Assembly (NCBI GenBank): GCA_964016885.1
Contig: OZ024745.1
Span: 40,858,001 to 40,922,000 of the forward strand
Direction of reading: 5' to 3'
From: Eledone cirrhosa
Taxonomy: Eukaryota
DNA: 64,000 nt
The notes beneath the pieces are model-generated. The model did no database searches. It saw only the letters and a list, made by a program, of their open reading frames with translations, and was not told the DNA's origin. The translations under genes and the position numbers were made by a program. Each line of letters opens with the position of its first letter. Position 1 is the stretch's first letter. Shown one piece after another: positions 37,274 through 53,324 of this stretch.

Positions 37274-37902
37274 TGTCAATATATACACATATATTACACT
37301 GTGAATTACACGGTCCACTGAAGAAGTTATTGCAGGAGTAGGCTAGCATTCAGCTGCCACTGTATTCGGCAAGTTGCAAGCTCCATTTATCGAGCTTACT
37401 GATTTAATAGAAACCCTGGGGTGCAGAGAAATACTCGCACCTGCCGCATTACGAATATACACTTGGTTACCGCACTGAGACATCTTGTGCTCAACACATT
37501 TTGAAACCATTGAGCAAAGGGTTTATAGCGATTATTTCCTATAATTTCGTCAATATATCTATATCTCTCTCTATATATATATACATATATATGATTGCGA
37601 CAGGCGGTATTATAGTGTGCTTCAATCATTATGGAATATGAAAATTGGTTGTATTTAGGGAAGCTGATACAATGCAGATGTGCTTGTAAATATTTAGACA
37701 ACAAGGACGGGTAAATATACGTGGAGGTGAGGTTGAGTGGTAAAGATGAAGAGAATAGGCAAAATAAAGAAGTAAATATAATGTTACCTAGGACATATTT
37801 TTGGTCCCTATATTGCCAAGAGGATCAGAGAGAGCCGTTCTGTCGTCCAAGTGTCTTGATTCGAAGCCCTTCATATATATATATGTATATATATATATAT
37901 AT

Positions 37903-39315
37903 GCAAAACCCTACTTCAGTGCCTCAAATGTGGCATAGGGGTGACCCTGGCTGTCTGATAACTATGGTAGCGTGACTCAATGCAGACTATTGGTCACAGA
38001 GATGATTCATCATCTTCTAGAGTTCAAAAGCTAGCTAAACTGAAGAGGTACCGGCCTGCCCGCCCAGCCAGTGGGATGGCGACACCTTATGGTTTAAAAC
38101 AGCACGACGAAAAGGGCCTCAGTACCCTGCGCGTCAATCGGGCCACTCCATGGCGGCGGAGTGCATCCCGAATCACAGGTTCCCGAAGGCCACCAAGGAG
38201 CAGAATTAACCTTTCCATATGCACCTACAACTGCAGGTCTTTGGCAGGGGAGCAAGGACTGAACCACCTAATGGAGGAGAAGAAGAAGATCAGGTGTGGC
38301 GTGTTAGGGCTGTGCTAGACCCGCCAGAAGGAGGCGAGTTTGCGATGGCAAGATGGATGCGCCTTGAGACTCGGGAAAGCAGAGGGTGCCAGATCAGTCG
38401 GGGGTATAGGGTTCATCGTAAGCAAGGAATTGGCTTCGAAGATCGCTTCTTGCCAGCTCATATTGTCACGGATTGGTGTACTGAACATGAACCTCTCAGG
38501 GATGGCCACCCTCAAGATCGTCCAGACCTACGCTCCCACAAGTGCCAGCGATGACGATCAGGTGGAAGAATTCTATCGCCAGGTAGACAAAGTGCTAGCT
38601 GTAAAGTCCACTTACACCGTCGTGATGGGAAAAGTATGTCGGGAGATTCGGCCTAGGAGAGCGAAATGAGAGAGGAGAGCGTCTGGTCACCATTGCGGAG
38701 GCGAGGCGGCTCTACATCGGAAATAGCCTATTCAGGCAGAAGAAGGAGAAAAGATGGACCTGGGTATCGCCACATTCTGAGCACCGAAACGAGATTGACT
38801 ACATCTTTGTCGACAAGCGACGAATACTACAGGACGTCTCCGTCATAACGCTATTCAACACTGGCAGTGATCATCGTCTGGTGAGGGGCGAGGGTTGTCA
38901 TCGACCGGACGAGGGAGAAGAATGCACTGCATTTGGCGTCGAAGGGAGAAAGCGTCCGGGTCTTCAACGAGGCGCAGCTGCAGGAATCCATTATGCAGGA
39001 AGAGTGGCGTCAAGGAGGTGGCATAGACGCTGACTACGACTCACTGATAGGGAAACTGAAGGAGTGCTTGAGGAAGGCTAAGGGTGTGTGCCCGAGGGAG
39101 CGGAAGGGAAGTGTCTCGGAGGAAACTATGAAGTTGCTTAAGAAGAGGAAGAATATGAAGAGGACACCTGAAGATCACCTCGAATATTCCCTTCTCAGCA
39201 GAGTGATACGTCAACAACTGAAGAGAGACTTCGAGGCATACCAGATGGAGAAGCTCCTGAAGGCTGCAAAGGAAAAGAAGAGCCTCAAGAAATGCGAGAG
39301 GGACATGACAATGTA
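37903..39315 (+). mobile_element. RTE-type LINE 5' part (AP-like endonuclease), frameshifted, cut by the assembly gap
   Basis: ICTYNCRSL, GVLGLC, GGIGFIV, IVQTYAPTS, EEFY, WTW.SP, NEIDYI, TGSDHRLV across frames. Confidence 0.92.
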
Positions 39316-39515
39316 NNNNNNNNNNNNNNNNNNNNNNNNNNNNNNNNNNNNNNNNNNNNNNNNNNNNNNNNNNNNNNNNNNNNNNNNNNNNNNNNNNNNN
39401 NNNNNNNNNNNNNNNNNNNNNNNNNNNNNNNNNNNNNNNNNNNNNNNNNNNNNNNNNNNNNNNNNNNNNNNNNNNNNNNNNNNNNNNNNNNNNNNNNNNN
39501 NNNNNNNNNNNNNNN
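39316..39515. other. Assembly gap (N run)
   Basis: 200 N. Confidence 0.99.
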
Positions 39516-39519
39516 TATA

Positions 39520-39551
<32 letters not shown>

Positions 39552-39611
39552 TATATATATATATACATATATATATATATTATATATATTATATATATAT
39601 TATATATATAT

Positions 39612-39642
<31 letters not shown>

Positions 39643-39647
39643 ATATA

Positions 39648-39710
<63 letters not shown>

Positions 39711-39743
39711 ATTATATATATATATTATATATATATATATAAA

Positions 39744-39801
<58 letters not shown>

Positions 39802-39920
39802 GTATATTATATATATATATATATTATATATTTATATATATTATATATATATATTTATATATATTATATATATATATTATATATATATTATATATATATA
39901 TTATATATATATATTATATA

Positions 39921-39980
<60 letters not shown>

Positions 39981-40131
39981 ATATTATATATATATATATT
40001 ATATATTTATATATATTATATATATATATATATATTATATATTTATATATATTATATATATATATTATATATATATATATATATATTATATATTTATATA
40101 TATTATATATATATATATATTATATATATAT

Positions 40132-40183
<52 letters not shown>

Positions 40184-40429
40184 ATATATTTATATATATT
40201 ATATATATATATATTATATATATATATATTATATATATATATTATATATATATATATTATATATATATATTATATATATATATTATATATATATATTATA
40301 TATATATATATATATTATATATATTATATATATATATTATATATATATATTATATATATATATTATATATATTATATATATATATTATATATATATATTA
40401 TATATATATATTATATACATTATATATAT

Positions 40430-40461
<32 letters not shown>

Positions 40462-40585
40462 ATTATATATATTATATATATATATATCATATATATATTA
40501 TATAGATATATATATATATTATATATATATATAATATATATATATTATATATATATTATATATATATATTTTTTATATATATATA

Positions 40586-40684
<99 letters not shown>

Positions 40685-40688
40685 TATA
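39516..40688. repeat. Degenerate (TA)n low-complexity tract
   Basis: About 1.2 kb almost entirely T/A. Confidence 0.97.
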
Positions 40689-41207
40689 AGATTAACAACG
40701 ATTTTAATTAAAACGTTTAATTGATTTACGACCGTTTAGTTAGGCTAACAAGAATAATTAATATTAATAGCATATCCTGAGAAAAAGCAATAAAACATAT
40801 ATAGAAGCATACAAACTTAATGTTATTATAGATATATTTATTACCATAAATTGTTTTTCTTGGTATATTCTATTAGTATTAAATTCATAACTTCAATTAC
40901 TTAGTTTAATTGAACTTATATATTCTAGTTGCATACCCCCAGCTCTATTTTAGAGTGTTGTATATGTGTATCAACACATGGTAATTCCTAAAATATTTAT
41001 AAGTATAGTTACTTAGCGTTCTATTTTATTTTTATCACTGAGAAATTTATATTACGACTTGAGGCTTCCATAAAGTTTAACGTTTTCTCAACAATATTTA
41101 ATGCCGTTGTTTACGTTTTTCGCTCTTTTCTTTGAATTGAGTATTTTCAAAAGAAAGTGTCGAAAATCAATAATGGTTGATAATCTTTGCACCCCCCTCT
41201 CTCTCTC

Positions 41208-41293
<86 letters not shown>

Positions 41294-42330
41294 AGTCTAT
41301 CTCTGCGTATATATATATATATACTAAAAATAAAAATAGCATTTCGCGATTCATTAGATGAAGGTTCGATTTGTATCGATCTGGCCCGATTCTGGAACCA
41401 AAAGCTCGTCGGACTTCTGTTATGGAAATGACAGAATGAACCTCTTAAGGTTTTGAAACAGTATATAATGATTTATAATCATTTATGGAGTCAGTTTTAT
41501 TTCGTTTTGATTGGAGGTTTTGCTAGAAGGGTGTGTGATATGTGAAGGGAAGAATTATAATGAATATATATATATATATAATACAAAAGGAATAAGCCCA
41601 CACTTGGACAGAAGTGCTTCATCATGAAAGTTCCGATATGGGGAGAACAGAAACTTAGAGTATTAGAAAGGGTAGGTTAAGGAATGGAATTAAAGAATAA
41701 AAATAACAAATGAAAAAATAAAAAGTAGTCTGGATGCTAGGGGTGTCGGATAGGATACGGGGTAGAATACGGGGCTTCCAATAGTTCTCAGAGTATAAAT
41801 AGGGACGGGTATTTGTTAAGTATTTGTATGTGTAGATGTAATTATGTATGTCTGTGTATGTGATGATCATTGTTTATGTCTGATTGGTTGTGCGTGGATG
41901 AAAAAAAGCACATGTGTGTATGTGTGTTATACACAGACACTTTCAACCACCATGTACGACAATGCCCCACATCATTATATATGTAATGCATTTCAGTATA
42001 TATAAGACCGACAAATAGATGCCTATGTAATAGGTGTGCGTGTGTTTGCGTACACATAAGCTATATGTGTGAAAAATCTGATGAAATTCGGTAAACCCGA
42101 CTAGACAACAAAACAAAATTAAGAAAGAGATACAAACAGCTCTTTGTTTTATACATTCATAAATATTTAGTCAGATACATTCGTTTGATATATCATACAA
42201 TATGAAAGGTTATAACTACATATATATACACATGCACACATACAAACACACACACACACGTCTGTTGGTTTGAATGTATCTACACACATAGATATAAATC
42301 TGTACATATATATATACACCACATATGTAT

Positions 42331-42365
<35 letters not shown>

Positions 42366-42392
42366 CATATATCCATATATATATATATATAT

Positions 42393-42500
<108 letters not shown>

Positions 42501-42790
42501 CCAAAAATATATATATATCTTTTATCGTAATATAGAACAAAGGGATATATATATGTATGTATCTGGACGTGAATGCCTACGCATACATTTATAAACAACA
42601 TTTCTTCGTAATATATTATAAAACAGGGGTGAATCGATAAACAATCAGTAGAACTTCTAGACTGTTAAATACAACGCTGACAAATATTCAAAGTACAAAA
42701 ACTGCCGTTTTATTTGTCTGAAGGATGGTTTCTTTTTTCTTATTTCAGCAGAATTTCCGTTATTTTTCTACCTCAATGCTTGTACAGACG

Positions 42791-42833
<43 letters not shown>

Positions 42834-45800
42834 ATGTGTGTGTATATATTTATGTGTGTATGCATGCATGTATGTATGACGAGACACTTGGTCTTGAATG
42901 AGCACCGTATGTTTCAGGGTAATGTGGCTGGGCTGTAATCATAGATAATATCCAATATGTACGTATACAAATACATTGATATATTGCCAGTTAGGTAGTG
43001 AGATACAGAGATAGAGACAGATAGAGTGTTTCATAGATGAGTAGACACATATGTAGCTATGAACACGGACAAACTGACATATAAATAAGTATTTACACTG
43101 CGAGACATTAAACAGACATATAGATGGTTGGATGGAAATCTCCAGAAGGACTTCTTTTTATGTGTTCTGAGATTGAGAGAGGAAAAGGCTATCTCCAGCA
43201 GATACTTAATGATAAGCATTTGGGTTGTGGTCATACTGGAAAACTCTTGAGAATGTAATTCACAGAATACTAAAGATGGCACAAACTAAGAAGAAATTAG
43301 TAGACATCGTGTAGAAGGGAAAAATATTTAGGACACTATTATTGAAATAGGAAATGAATGTGGAATAACAAAGGAGATGACCACCTATTTAATAGAATTA
43401 ACATTCAATGAATATATAGGAAAGACACAAATAATAATGATGATGATGATGATAGCGGAATTGAGGATGAGGAAGATGATGATAGTGTCGATGATGATGA
43501 TAACAACGGCATCATTATCATCAACACTATTATTAGTATAAAGTTTCTAAAAGGTTTAATTAATTTTAGTAAGTAAAAGTATTGTAATGGGTTGACGTTA
43601 ATTGAATCTATTTCAGTAAATTGGTCCACAATGATTTGTAATATAAGCCAGCTACCAATGAATGCCGTAAACTATTGAATAGAGTTACTTTGCCGTGTAA
43701 AGTTAAAAGTTAACTAATATTTATTTGTTTCAGTTAGCCCATTACTTTAAAATCCACTCAACAACCATTGCAAGCTTCTTAAAAGGAAGATTAAAATGTT
43801 TGTTAGATAGTATACCGCAGCTTAAACATTTAGATTCTCTATGACTAAACACCTGCAAACATGTATGTCAATTTTATAAGTTACAAAGCTCCCATCACCA
43901 GTTTAGTTATAAACACCATCTTTTTCATGTGCTTAGTAGGAACAGTTTTTCATGTGCTCAGTATATTGAAAATTAAAGTACCACAGGACTGCACCGAAAC
44001 AGACCCATACTGTAATGTGTAATGCCAGATATTGCTTTAAAACTGTCCATACTCAGAAAGGAAATGTGGAGGAAATGTCTGAAATTATAACTGTGCTACG
44101 AACCAATGAGGAACCATTTATATAACCGCTTGCTCTGCTAAAGAAATCAGGTTTCAAGGAAATGACACCATACCATCAAATGTAAAAATGTCACCTTAGG
44201 AAATGCACTAATGGATACCAAATAGATGTACGAGCCATTGTTGGGAATACCTTTGATTGTAGCTTTATACAAAGCTAGATATGGATTTCTCAGTAACAGT
44301 AACAAATGGAGTTGTGATTCAAAAAGCATGTATATCTGGAAAGAAATATTTATAATAAGACTGGACAATGTAATTTTATAACCGAAAAGCAACATCTATT
44401 ATATCTGGGAGGCACTAGTAAATTTTATAGCTTAGACAAGGGAGAGGACAATTCCCACAACCGTTTTCAAGGCCATCAGGAATAATGTAAGAAGCGAGAG
44501 AAGGTATATTCAAACCACACACTGAAACCAATGGTTGCTATATACTAAATGCTGCAAAAGACAACCAAGTGCTGGCTGGCACCGTTTAACCTGCTGACGA
44601 ATTGATTTTATCAGTCAATTAAGAAGAAAAGAAAGAATCGGAAAGATATTGCTGCTTTAACGTTTCCTCCTACCATCCTACTTAAATAATACTTAATATT
44701 TTGACGTCGGAAAATAAAGGTCAAAGGTAATCTAGGCGGTATTTGAACTGAGAATGCAGAGAGACGGAATATAGAACGCAAGCCATTCCGCCCAATGCTT
44801 TAACATTTATGCCAAATCGCTGCTCATAATGTTATTAATATATATCAGTAAACAACTTCATTACCACCAGTACCTTGGTTTAGTGCAGCCATATGGGTGA
44901 AACCAGATCAAGAGTACAAGAATACAAGAATGCATTCGTTCATATCGAATAGCTACCAACATTACCATCATACGTCATAGATTATTAAATCACAATACAT
45001 TGTAATTAATCTGAGCGATCTGACATGTCTCGAGTGACAATCTATTATTTTTATGTGCGTGTATTGTGGATTATTGTCTTTTCCCTTGTGATACAACGAC
45101 AGATATGCCAGTTTTCCAGAGACGAACGATAATGCTAATGGCACATGTAAATATTTCATTCGATTCCACTTGAATGATGAATTACCGCTTAATTTTATTT
45201 CATGATATTAATCAATTATATTGTATCACACGTCAAACACAATGCGTTATAGTTGTTGTAGTTAATTTTTGGTTTTTGGCTTCAAATATTATTTGATTTT
45301 TTTTATTGCTATATGTTTAAATCTGCATTACTGAAGCGTCAGTATTCTATTTATCACCAACATGTGTGTGTGTGTCTCTTTGTGTATGTGTGTGTCCATG
45401 TGTGTGTGTGTGTGTGTGTGTGTGAGAAAGAGAGAGAGTGCGTGTTAATTACGTCGAATAATTCTCTCAATTGTTATACCGCGCTAAATATGTGTTGTCA
45501 CTAAATATACTACTTAATGTTGATCGTGCATGATAATATAATTCGTTTGACTGTATTTTCACTAATCCGAATGAGAAATTAATTCCATGTAAAGAAATAT
45601 ATAAGAATATATTTTGAGAGGATATATGTAGTTTTCAACAATGAGTGATCATTAGTTAGTAGAACTTAAAGAAAAATGTTTTGTAGAGAAGCTGTAAAAT
45701 ATATCTAATTGGTATATGCTGAATTAGATGTATTATTTTAGACAATGGATTTTCAAAACTTCGGATAGAATGTATTTCAGTGCTGGTTCCTGCTCTCAGC

Positions 45801-47051
45801 ATTGTGACATCAAATCCCACAGACGTTAAATTTGCCTTCCATTCTTTCGAGGCTGATAAAGTAGAAGGTCCATATTCCGTTTACCATTTTCGTTTCAACC
45901 CAAGCCTTGCAACTATATTACTATGGGCGGATTCTCTTTGTAAGCCAGCCCGATCGTATATTTCTGTAATTCAAAGTAACGGTCTTGTCGCACACTTTGA
46001 AATGTTGAATCGCATTAAGAATTATATTAAATATACACATGTCTGTAGACTAGTCCGACAATTCATTGGACATTAATTTCACAATTTGTATTTTCCGTTG
46101 GTCGAACAACTGTAATACAATTCGTCGAACCCGACTAAAGATTTATTCCCTTCTCAAATACTATGCCTTGTACTCGACATTGAATTAAGCATAAACTTTG
46201 TTCCGTAATTCATAATGTCTCGTTAAAGATTCCATGTCATTTAATATTGCATCTTTCTTGCCATATTGAAATTTCAGAATCTAGGTATCTGGTGGAAACA
46301 TCATCTAAGACCTTCCAGGAAACACGAATTTGCAAATCTTTTATAGTTATATATATGTAAGTTCCCACTCTTTACTTTCTAGGTTCAAATTTTCTTGAGA
46401 TTTTGACACCAGAAAATAATGGAACAATTAGTATAATAGACATTGTGTGTTTTTGAACTTTTTATATTGATTCTTCCATATCATGAATATTTCCGTCTCC
46501 GGAAGCTATCTTATATGATGAAAATATGTTTAGCGAGAACCAACAAAAGAGGAAATTAAAACCCTATGTACAAACACATAGGAATATCAGTAAACTAACA
46601 GAGATAAACTAACTATGAGAGATAGGGTTGAGTAGGAACTTATAGGAATAATAAAGTGTCTAGAATTTCTTGATTTTTATTTTTACGTCTTAGACTTCAG
46701 GAAGGAATAGCCCACAGCATTTTGTAGAGACGTCGATAATGTAGGAAAGAAGAAAGGAGAGTGTATTATTTCCACAAATTGAAAACCTGACCCTAATAAT
46801 TACAACCGAGTGGACTCTGCTAAAGGCAAAGAAGAGCAAAAGGTTTCCATCAAAATACATGTCAGAATGAATATTGGGAAGCACCTCCCCGGTACCTTAA
46901 TAATATTTCCGTAATAGACTGGAACATTTCTGCTGACAAATGAAGGATGAACATTGCAATTGATATCAGCTTGTTTTGGACTCGGAACTCAGAGAGCAGA
47001 GCATTTTCTTCATATCGTCAAATACTACCTAACTACTCTCTCTCTCTCTCT

Positions 47052-48835
47052 CTCAGAGCCGTTCCATATCACGCGATCCATCCGACAGGGATGCCCTCTT
47101 TCCTCCCTTCTGTACGTACTGACTCTCGAGCCACTACTGCGGAATTTGGAGCTATTGCAGGGCATCACTTTGGAACCGGGACTGCGAAAAGCAGCATCGG
47201 CCTACGCCGACGACGTGACAGTAGTAGTGTCGAGCACCTCGCAAATCGGGGAGGTCGGCACCTTACTGGAGGAATACGAAAGGTTCACAGAAGCGAAGCT
47301 GAACCGGGACAAATCCGTCGGTTTGCAACTCTGAACGCGGAGAGGCAAGCCGATGCCTTCCGATGGCGTCGTCGGACGCTTGACGGAAGGACCGGTAAAG
47401 CTGCTCGGGGTCTGGTTTGGTCCGGAGCTCCAGGTAGAGAAGAACTGGACGAGGTGACGGCCAGGGTGTTTGCGCTCACCCAGAAGTGGGCCGATTGCAA
47501 ACTATCCTTGAAAGGTTGAGCGGAGGTGGCGAACACTTTTATAGCGTCCGTCATCTACTACTGCTTGACCGTCGTGCCTTGTCCAGCCAAAACGCTCACC
47601 AAAATGGAGCGCGCTCTTCCAATTATTTGGATGAAACGGGCTCCTTTGGTGAGAAGATCCATCTGCTGCCAACATCCTTCAAACGGAGGGCTGGGATGCC
47701 GTGGCTGACGATGCGTAAACACGCGCTCAGGAAGCGGCACCTCCACGTATTCCTCACCGGACAACCGGTGTGGGCCCCGTTCGTGAGGCGAGCCTTCCCA
47801 CGACTCGTCTCGCTGACCGAGCTGCAGTCCTGGGTCAAGCAAAGACCGAGGAAAATGGACGACTGGCACATCGAATGTGCTCAGGCGCTCACAGTCCTCT
47901 GGCAAACGGACCCGGCGATCAGTGGAGACTCCACTTCGACATTCTATAGAGGGTTGTCCGCAGCAAGTGCGACGACGCGCTCGGAGAAACTCTAGGCGTA
48001 GAGGAGGACGAACTGGCCAGTCTGTTCGGTAGGAACTTCCGCCCGAGACCAATGGACAACTTCCAAAAGTTCCTGGCCTGGCAGTGCTAACGAGGAGCTC
48101 TACCAGTTTGAGACAAGCTCTACAGACACGGGCGTCCGGGTAGGGACCCTTCGAAAAAGATCTGTCCGAGATACGTGCCCGACGAGGAAACCGTCACGCA
48201 CGCATTTGTACACTGCCCCCACGTTACCGACCTGTGGGGCTATGTAGAACGACTATTGTCGCGGGTGGGACCAAGCCAGTTGACCACCGAATCCATTGTC
48301 ATGATCAAACCGCCACCCTCCTTCAAAAATGAGGAAGAGGCGGTTTCCCTATGTGTTATGGCTATGGTGAAAGAGGTTATATGGTGGACGAGGTTAAAAG
48401 GGCTGAGGTCAGACACCTTTCTCTCCGGCGAGCAACTGATTCCTTTTTTCAAATATCATTTTGGAAGAAGAATCAGGGAGGAGAGAGAGGTGCTCTACCC
48501 CAGCAAATTTTATAAAAGGTGGGTGAATGTGGCAAAGATGGTCCGAGTGGTTGGGCCTTCTCTCTATATAAGCCTGTAGGTTGAAGAAAAAGAGGAAGAT
48601 AGGAAGGGAGTACTCACTTTTGGTGCTCCTGGAGATGAGGGTTGTACATTTTTTCGGGATGTGTACAACCCCTGCGTAACGCCTCCCCCTATTGGGATTT
48701 CAATTGTTATTTGTTATTTTATTAATAGTTTTATTTTCATATACCTGTATGTAAACTCCCCATTTGTATTTGTCCCCTTCGTTTGTCCCCTTGTGGCTAA
48801 TAAAGAAATGTATCTATCTATCTATCTATCTATCT
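47052..48835 (+). mobile_element. Tx1/L1-type LINE, 5'-truncated and decayed (RT C-terminal half and zinc finger)
   Basis: SIRQGCPLS.LLYVLTLEPLLR, AYADDVTVVV, GGLG, ETVTHAFVHCP...W; aataaa then (tatc)n tail; 5' end abuts (CT)n. Confidence 0.9.
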
Positions 48836-50208
48836 CCCTTTTACAATTTTAGAAGTTAAAATGTTCAGTAGTTATAAAACACCGAAACTTTAAGAATCAA
48901 ATTTCCACTTTTTCTCATCAAATATGTACTTCGAAAGTATATAGAGTTAAGCTTACTACTGTTGTATTTCTAGACGAGGAAATCAACCCACTCGCCTCCA
49001 ATCTTGATAAATTTATTGCAATTATATTTGTTAATTTCGTTTACTACCAGTTGATATAATCAAATCTACATAAATCACAACAACCTCGTTAGCGATTAGC
49101 GAATTTTCGTTCTCCTAAAAATACCGCCAAACATTATTGAAACGTTTCTGTAGGTTACACTAATTCAAAATATTTTGCTTCGTTGATTTCCATAACATTT
49201 CGTAGTCTCCTGGGTTTGTAAGGTTTTCTTTAAACTATTCCCAAGCTGTTACATATATTTTAATGGTGATGTTGACTTTTCTAATAAGTAAAATAGAGAT
49301 TGTAAATCTATTCAATAGCAAACTAAACCGGTTGGTACGGGTGATGAGTGATAAGGGTGTACACGTAAATTCCCGCTGATCCATTTCAGCAATCTAAATT
49401 TGATTCCAATTTGAAACAATTTCCTGGTAGTTGAATGCTTTGAATGATAATAAAATGGTCTCAAATTTAGGTACAAGAGCAACAAGCATGCGGTAGAGGA
49501 AATTTGATTATATATATATATACAAATGGAATGATCTGCTACATTAATGTCTCTATGGTACATTATTTAATCAATGAAAGTGACATCGGCTGGATTAGAA
49601 CTTAGAACATAAGGCGCTGGAATAACATTCCACAAAGCATTTCCTCGACAACGAATTAGCTTATGATCTTAGACGTAATTTACATCGAAAACTGAAGTCT
49701 CAACATTAGCCACCATTACACCGGTTTAGATTCTTGGGTGTTTCTATGTCCAGCAAAAACATTAGATTTTCTTTTATAGTTAAACAAACCAGATCTTCCT
49801 GAACTGGTAAGTTTTAAAAAATATATAATTCTTAGAGTTTGGACATGTGTATGCTTTCAAATGACACCCCTCAATGTAGGGGAAACGAACCCCACGAGAA
49901 ACCTGGTCTAGTTTCCGTGTACATGAGCTTCTGCACATAAAACCAGATATCATTCGCAAGTTAGCAAACCTCATTCGGCTTCCAGGAAATCTAATGTTGC
50001 ATATTATTGCTGAGGGTAGAATATCCTGTTTTCCATCCGTGTGGGAAAAACCGTCACTCTCGACGAATCAAAGGGATCGACACAGACCCCATTCTCTCAC
50101 TACTAGTCCTCCCTTTTTCGGTATAAGATGTGATATGCTTCACCGGATATATGGCCTAACATTCCTTCATTCTCCAAACTTAACCAATTCATTTTCATTA
50201 TAATACTC

Positions 50209-50376
50209 TTGGCAGTATCGGTAGAGATCGGACACCATGCTTTGAAGCATAGAGTTACGTCCCTTTATGATCTGAGTTCAAATCCCGCTGAGGTTAACTT
50301 TGCCTTTCATCCTTACGGGGTCGATAAAATAAAGTATCAGCAATGTACTGGGTAATTGCTGGCCTTGTGCCAAAAC
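50209..50376 (+). mobile_element. tRNA-derived SINE
   Basis: tggcagtatcggtag...gagttcaaatccc...ggggtcgataaaataaagta. Confidence 0.9.
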
Positions 50377-53129
50377 AATCATAATACTACAAATAAACAA
50401 AGAGACTTCTCCGGAGTCCCTTGATCTGCTAGAAATAGTAGCCAAATCTCCTTCAAATAAAACACATCGCTTCAAACAAAAAACGCATTATATAACGAAG
50501 CATGTTATTACTCTAACGTATTGAACATGACTAGAATGTTGACTAAAATCAGTGGCTCCACAATTAGTCTTGTCTAACCAATATTGCATATACTGAGCCA
50601 GCCTGAGGCGAATCTGAAGTCTGTTCTGATAAAAATGCTAAGTTATGTTCCTAATCTACTAATACTTAACAAGAAACCTATGTAATTGTAAGATTGGTGA
50701 GAACAGGTGATATTTATCCTTAGCTCATGTACGTTTGCAATTTTGATAATATTATTATATTTAATTTTAATTAAATATTATCATATTCTACATTAACACA
50801 CACACGGTTAATATTTCGTATTCCTATGCATATATAGACTTTGAAGTTAAACAACCAGGGTTCCCCTCTCTCACTCTTTCTCTCTCCATAAAAAGTCTGA
50901 GGAAATTTCACTTCGCCCAAGCCAACCTTCTCCCACAAGAATTCACATTACTCAAATACCTTTCCAATAATCCCTTTGCTTCAAAACATTCACTTGCGAC
51001 TTTCACTTGCGTCTTTCAAAACATTCACTTTGCCAATTTCACCAGTTTTTGGTGGACGAATCTGCATCGGCCTTGGTAGTGCCCTTTCAGCCTTAGTGAA
51101 ATATTTGAAAAAAAAATCAGTCTCACTTATAGTGACGACGTTACCTAAAATGAATATAAACACTGTCCTCACCAGATAATCTCCAGCATAAATTGTATAA
51201 ATAATCTTATACATGAAGGCATTCATTCCGACGGATCAACATATTCGTCCTGTCATAAATTTCTGGTGTGTGGGTTCTTTCACGCTTCATAAATTACAAA
51301 CTTCACATAAGTAAATAAATATGGCAACTAATGTAGTTCAAGTACAACCTGTAGTATTATATTTCATCCTGTATATTTACCACCTGAAGCATTAGTAATT
51401 GTATCCTTTCCAATATTCTGCCTATAAACGGCTGGCACAATTTAAATGAAAAAATGTATTATATGTTGCCAAATTTTGTAGTAAAACAATGAAACATTGC
51501 GTTTATGTATAAGGACCGAAATTGGCAAAAACCCTGCATCGCTACACAAAATACCACACACTCTTTAGTGGGGTTAGTAGATTCGTTAGACTGTCCGACA
51601 AATGTTTTGTGGTATTTAGTTACTTATCTTTCTAATCCCTCCGTCTTAGACGTTAGTTTTCATTCGTCTAGGGTCAATATTATGTACTGGAATCAATAGA
51701 AAAGGCTATATTCTGCTTGAAAATGTGCTGTTTGTTCTTATGTTAAAACTAATTAATTTTAGTTGTACACTTTGTAAGATCAAATACTTTAAAAATTGAC
51801 ATCACATACCAATCCGCCATTTAGATATCGATGAATAAGATAAATATATTTGACAAAGAGCGTAGAATTAGTTTTATGTCTGGAAAAATGCTTTGTAATG
51901 CTAATTATGTCTTGACTGATATACTATTTGCCAGCTATGTAGCCTGCTATTGATTCACAGTTAATGTACTTGTAATGCAAGGAACCAGGTTTACCTCATA
52001 CATTGTACAGCCCATCTGACGAGCTTCTAATCAGTTTTCTTCTATGTAAATTTACTCACAAAGTTTCTTTCAGTTCGCCGTGGATCCCAACACGGTTATT
52101 GTGATTGTGAAACAAACCTCGTAAACACTCAGCATTCACTTAAAGTATATCATAGATTCTCCATCTGTTGTGACGATGAACATGTTGTCACTTAATTAAG
52201 TGATCGCTCGACTTGTGAATTAACGTGGAGATTGTTAAACGGTCAGGGACACCAATAATATGAGAGCCCTGACACTAATTTCATAATAAATTCTCCGAGA
52301 TTGTCATTTGCTAAAAGAAATTTAGAACATACGTTTTTATGAAGCTTAATAAAATATATTATACTGGTAATTTTATTTACTTTTTATTTTAATGAATCTT
52401 AATAACTAGTTGCTAGCTACCCTCTAAACGTAAATGTATACTATAAAATAGCTAATTGTAGATATATTGTACTTAATCATCAAAAGCCAATCGACAGACA
52501 TAAAAGTTATTATAAAATTAGTTTACATGATTTCTGTAAATATTAGCTTTAATACAAATGTTGACACCTTACGTCTGCTATGTTCCTTTCATAGTATAGT
52601 AGAAAAAGACGAAATTCCTATAAACTTCATGGGTTTTAGGCTTTATTTTGTGAAGTATGGGAGGATTAAAAAGAACTATTTGTCATTAAGTTAGCACAGC
52701 AGAATCTAAATATCAATTATTAAGTAATGTACCCTCGCTAATGAGGATGATGGTGAAATTTGCAGGATGGATGTAACTAATTAAATTCACCCTAGTACGA
52801 GACTGTTACTTTCAATTATCAAACGTGAATGGATGCATTGTCAAGTTGAAATTGTCAGCAAATACAGTATGGATTCTTACCTACCTCTCTACGATTCTAC
52901 GTCTAATGAATCTGTGTTTAAACAAGAAACTATAAATGATTTTAAGAATGACCCAGTGTTAAATAAAGGAAATAAAGAAGACATCAACAAGATTTGAGGT
53001 CAGAATCTAATGACTTTAAAAATCTAACACAAAAATGTCTAAATAATAACAATTGTACGAGGAATCACTTGACTAATATCTTCCTCATTATGTAACTGAC
53101 ACACACACACGCACACATATATATATATC

Positions 53130-53218
<89 letters not shown>

Positions 53219-53223
<5 letters not shown>

Positions 53224-53324
53224 GTGAAGCACCTCGCGGTATTGTGAGTAATTTCGTCAACCTATTAATATATATAAATAGGTTTACGAAATCATTCACA
53301 AAACCACGAGGTGCTTCACGCAAT
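53219..53324. repeat. 48-bp-arm imperfect inverted repeat next to (TA)n(GA)n
   Basis: 53219-53266 vs 53277-53324, a few mismatches. Confidence 0.85.

Noticed and set aside
37903-38130. HDV-like ribozyme at the RTE 5' end
   Set aside because: Plausible for the clade, but I could not assign the nested double pseudoknot by eye.
39516-40688. Higher-order pattern in the long TA tract
   Set aside because: It adjoins an assembly gap and is likely poorly resolved; the irregularities cannot be trusted.
50990-51226. Possible host exons (also 53722-54314 and 57244-57435)
   Set aside because: No recognisable domain, in-frame stops nearby and no consistent splice chain.
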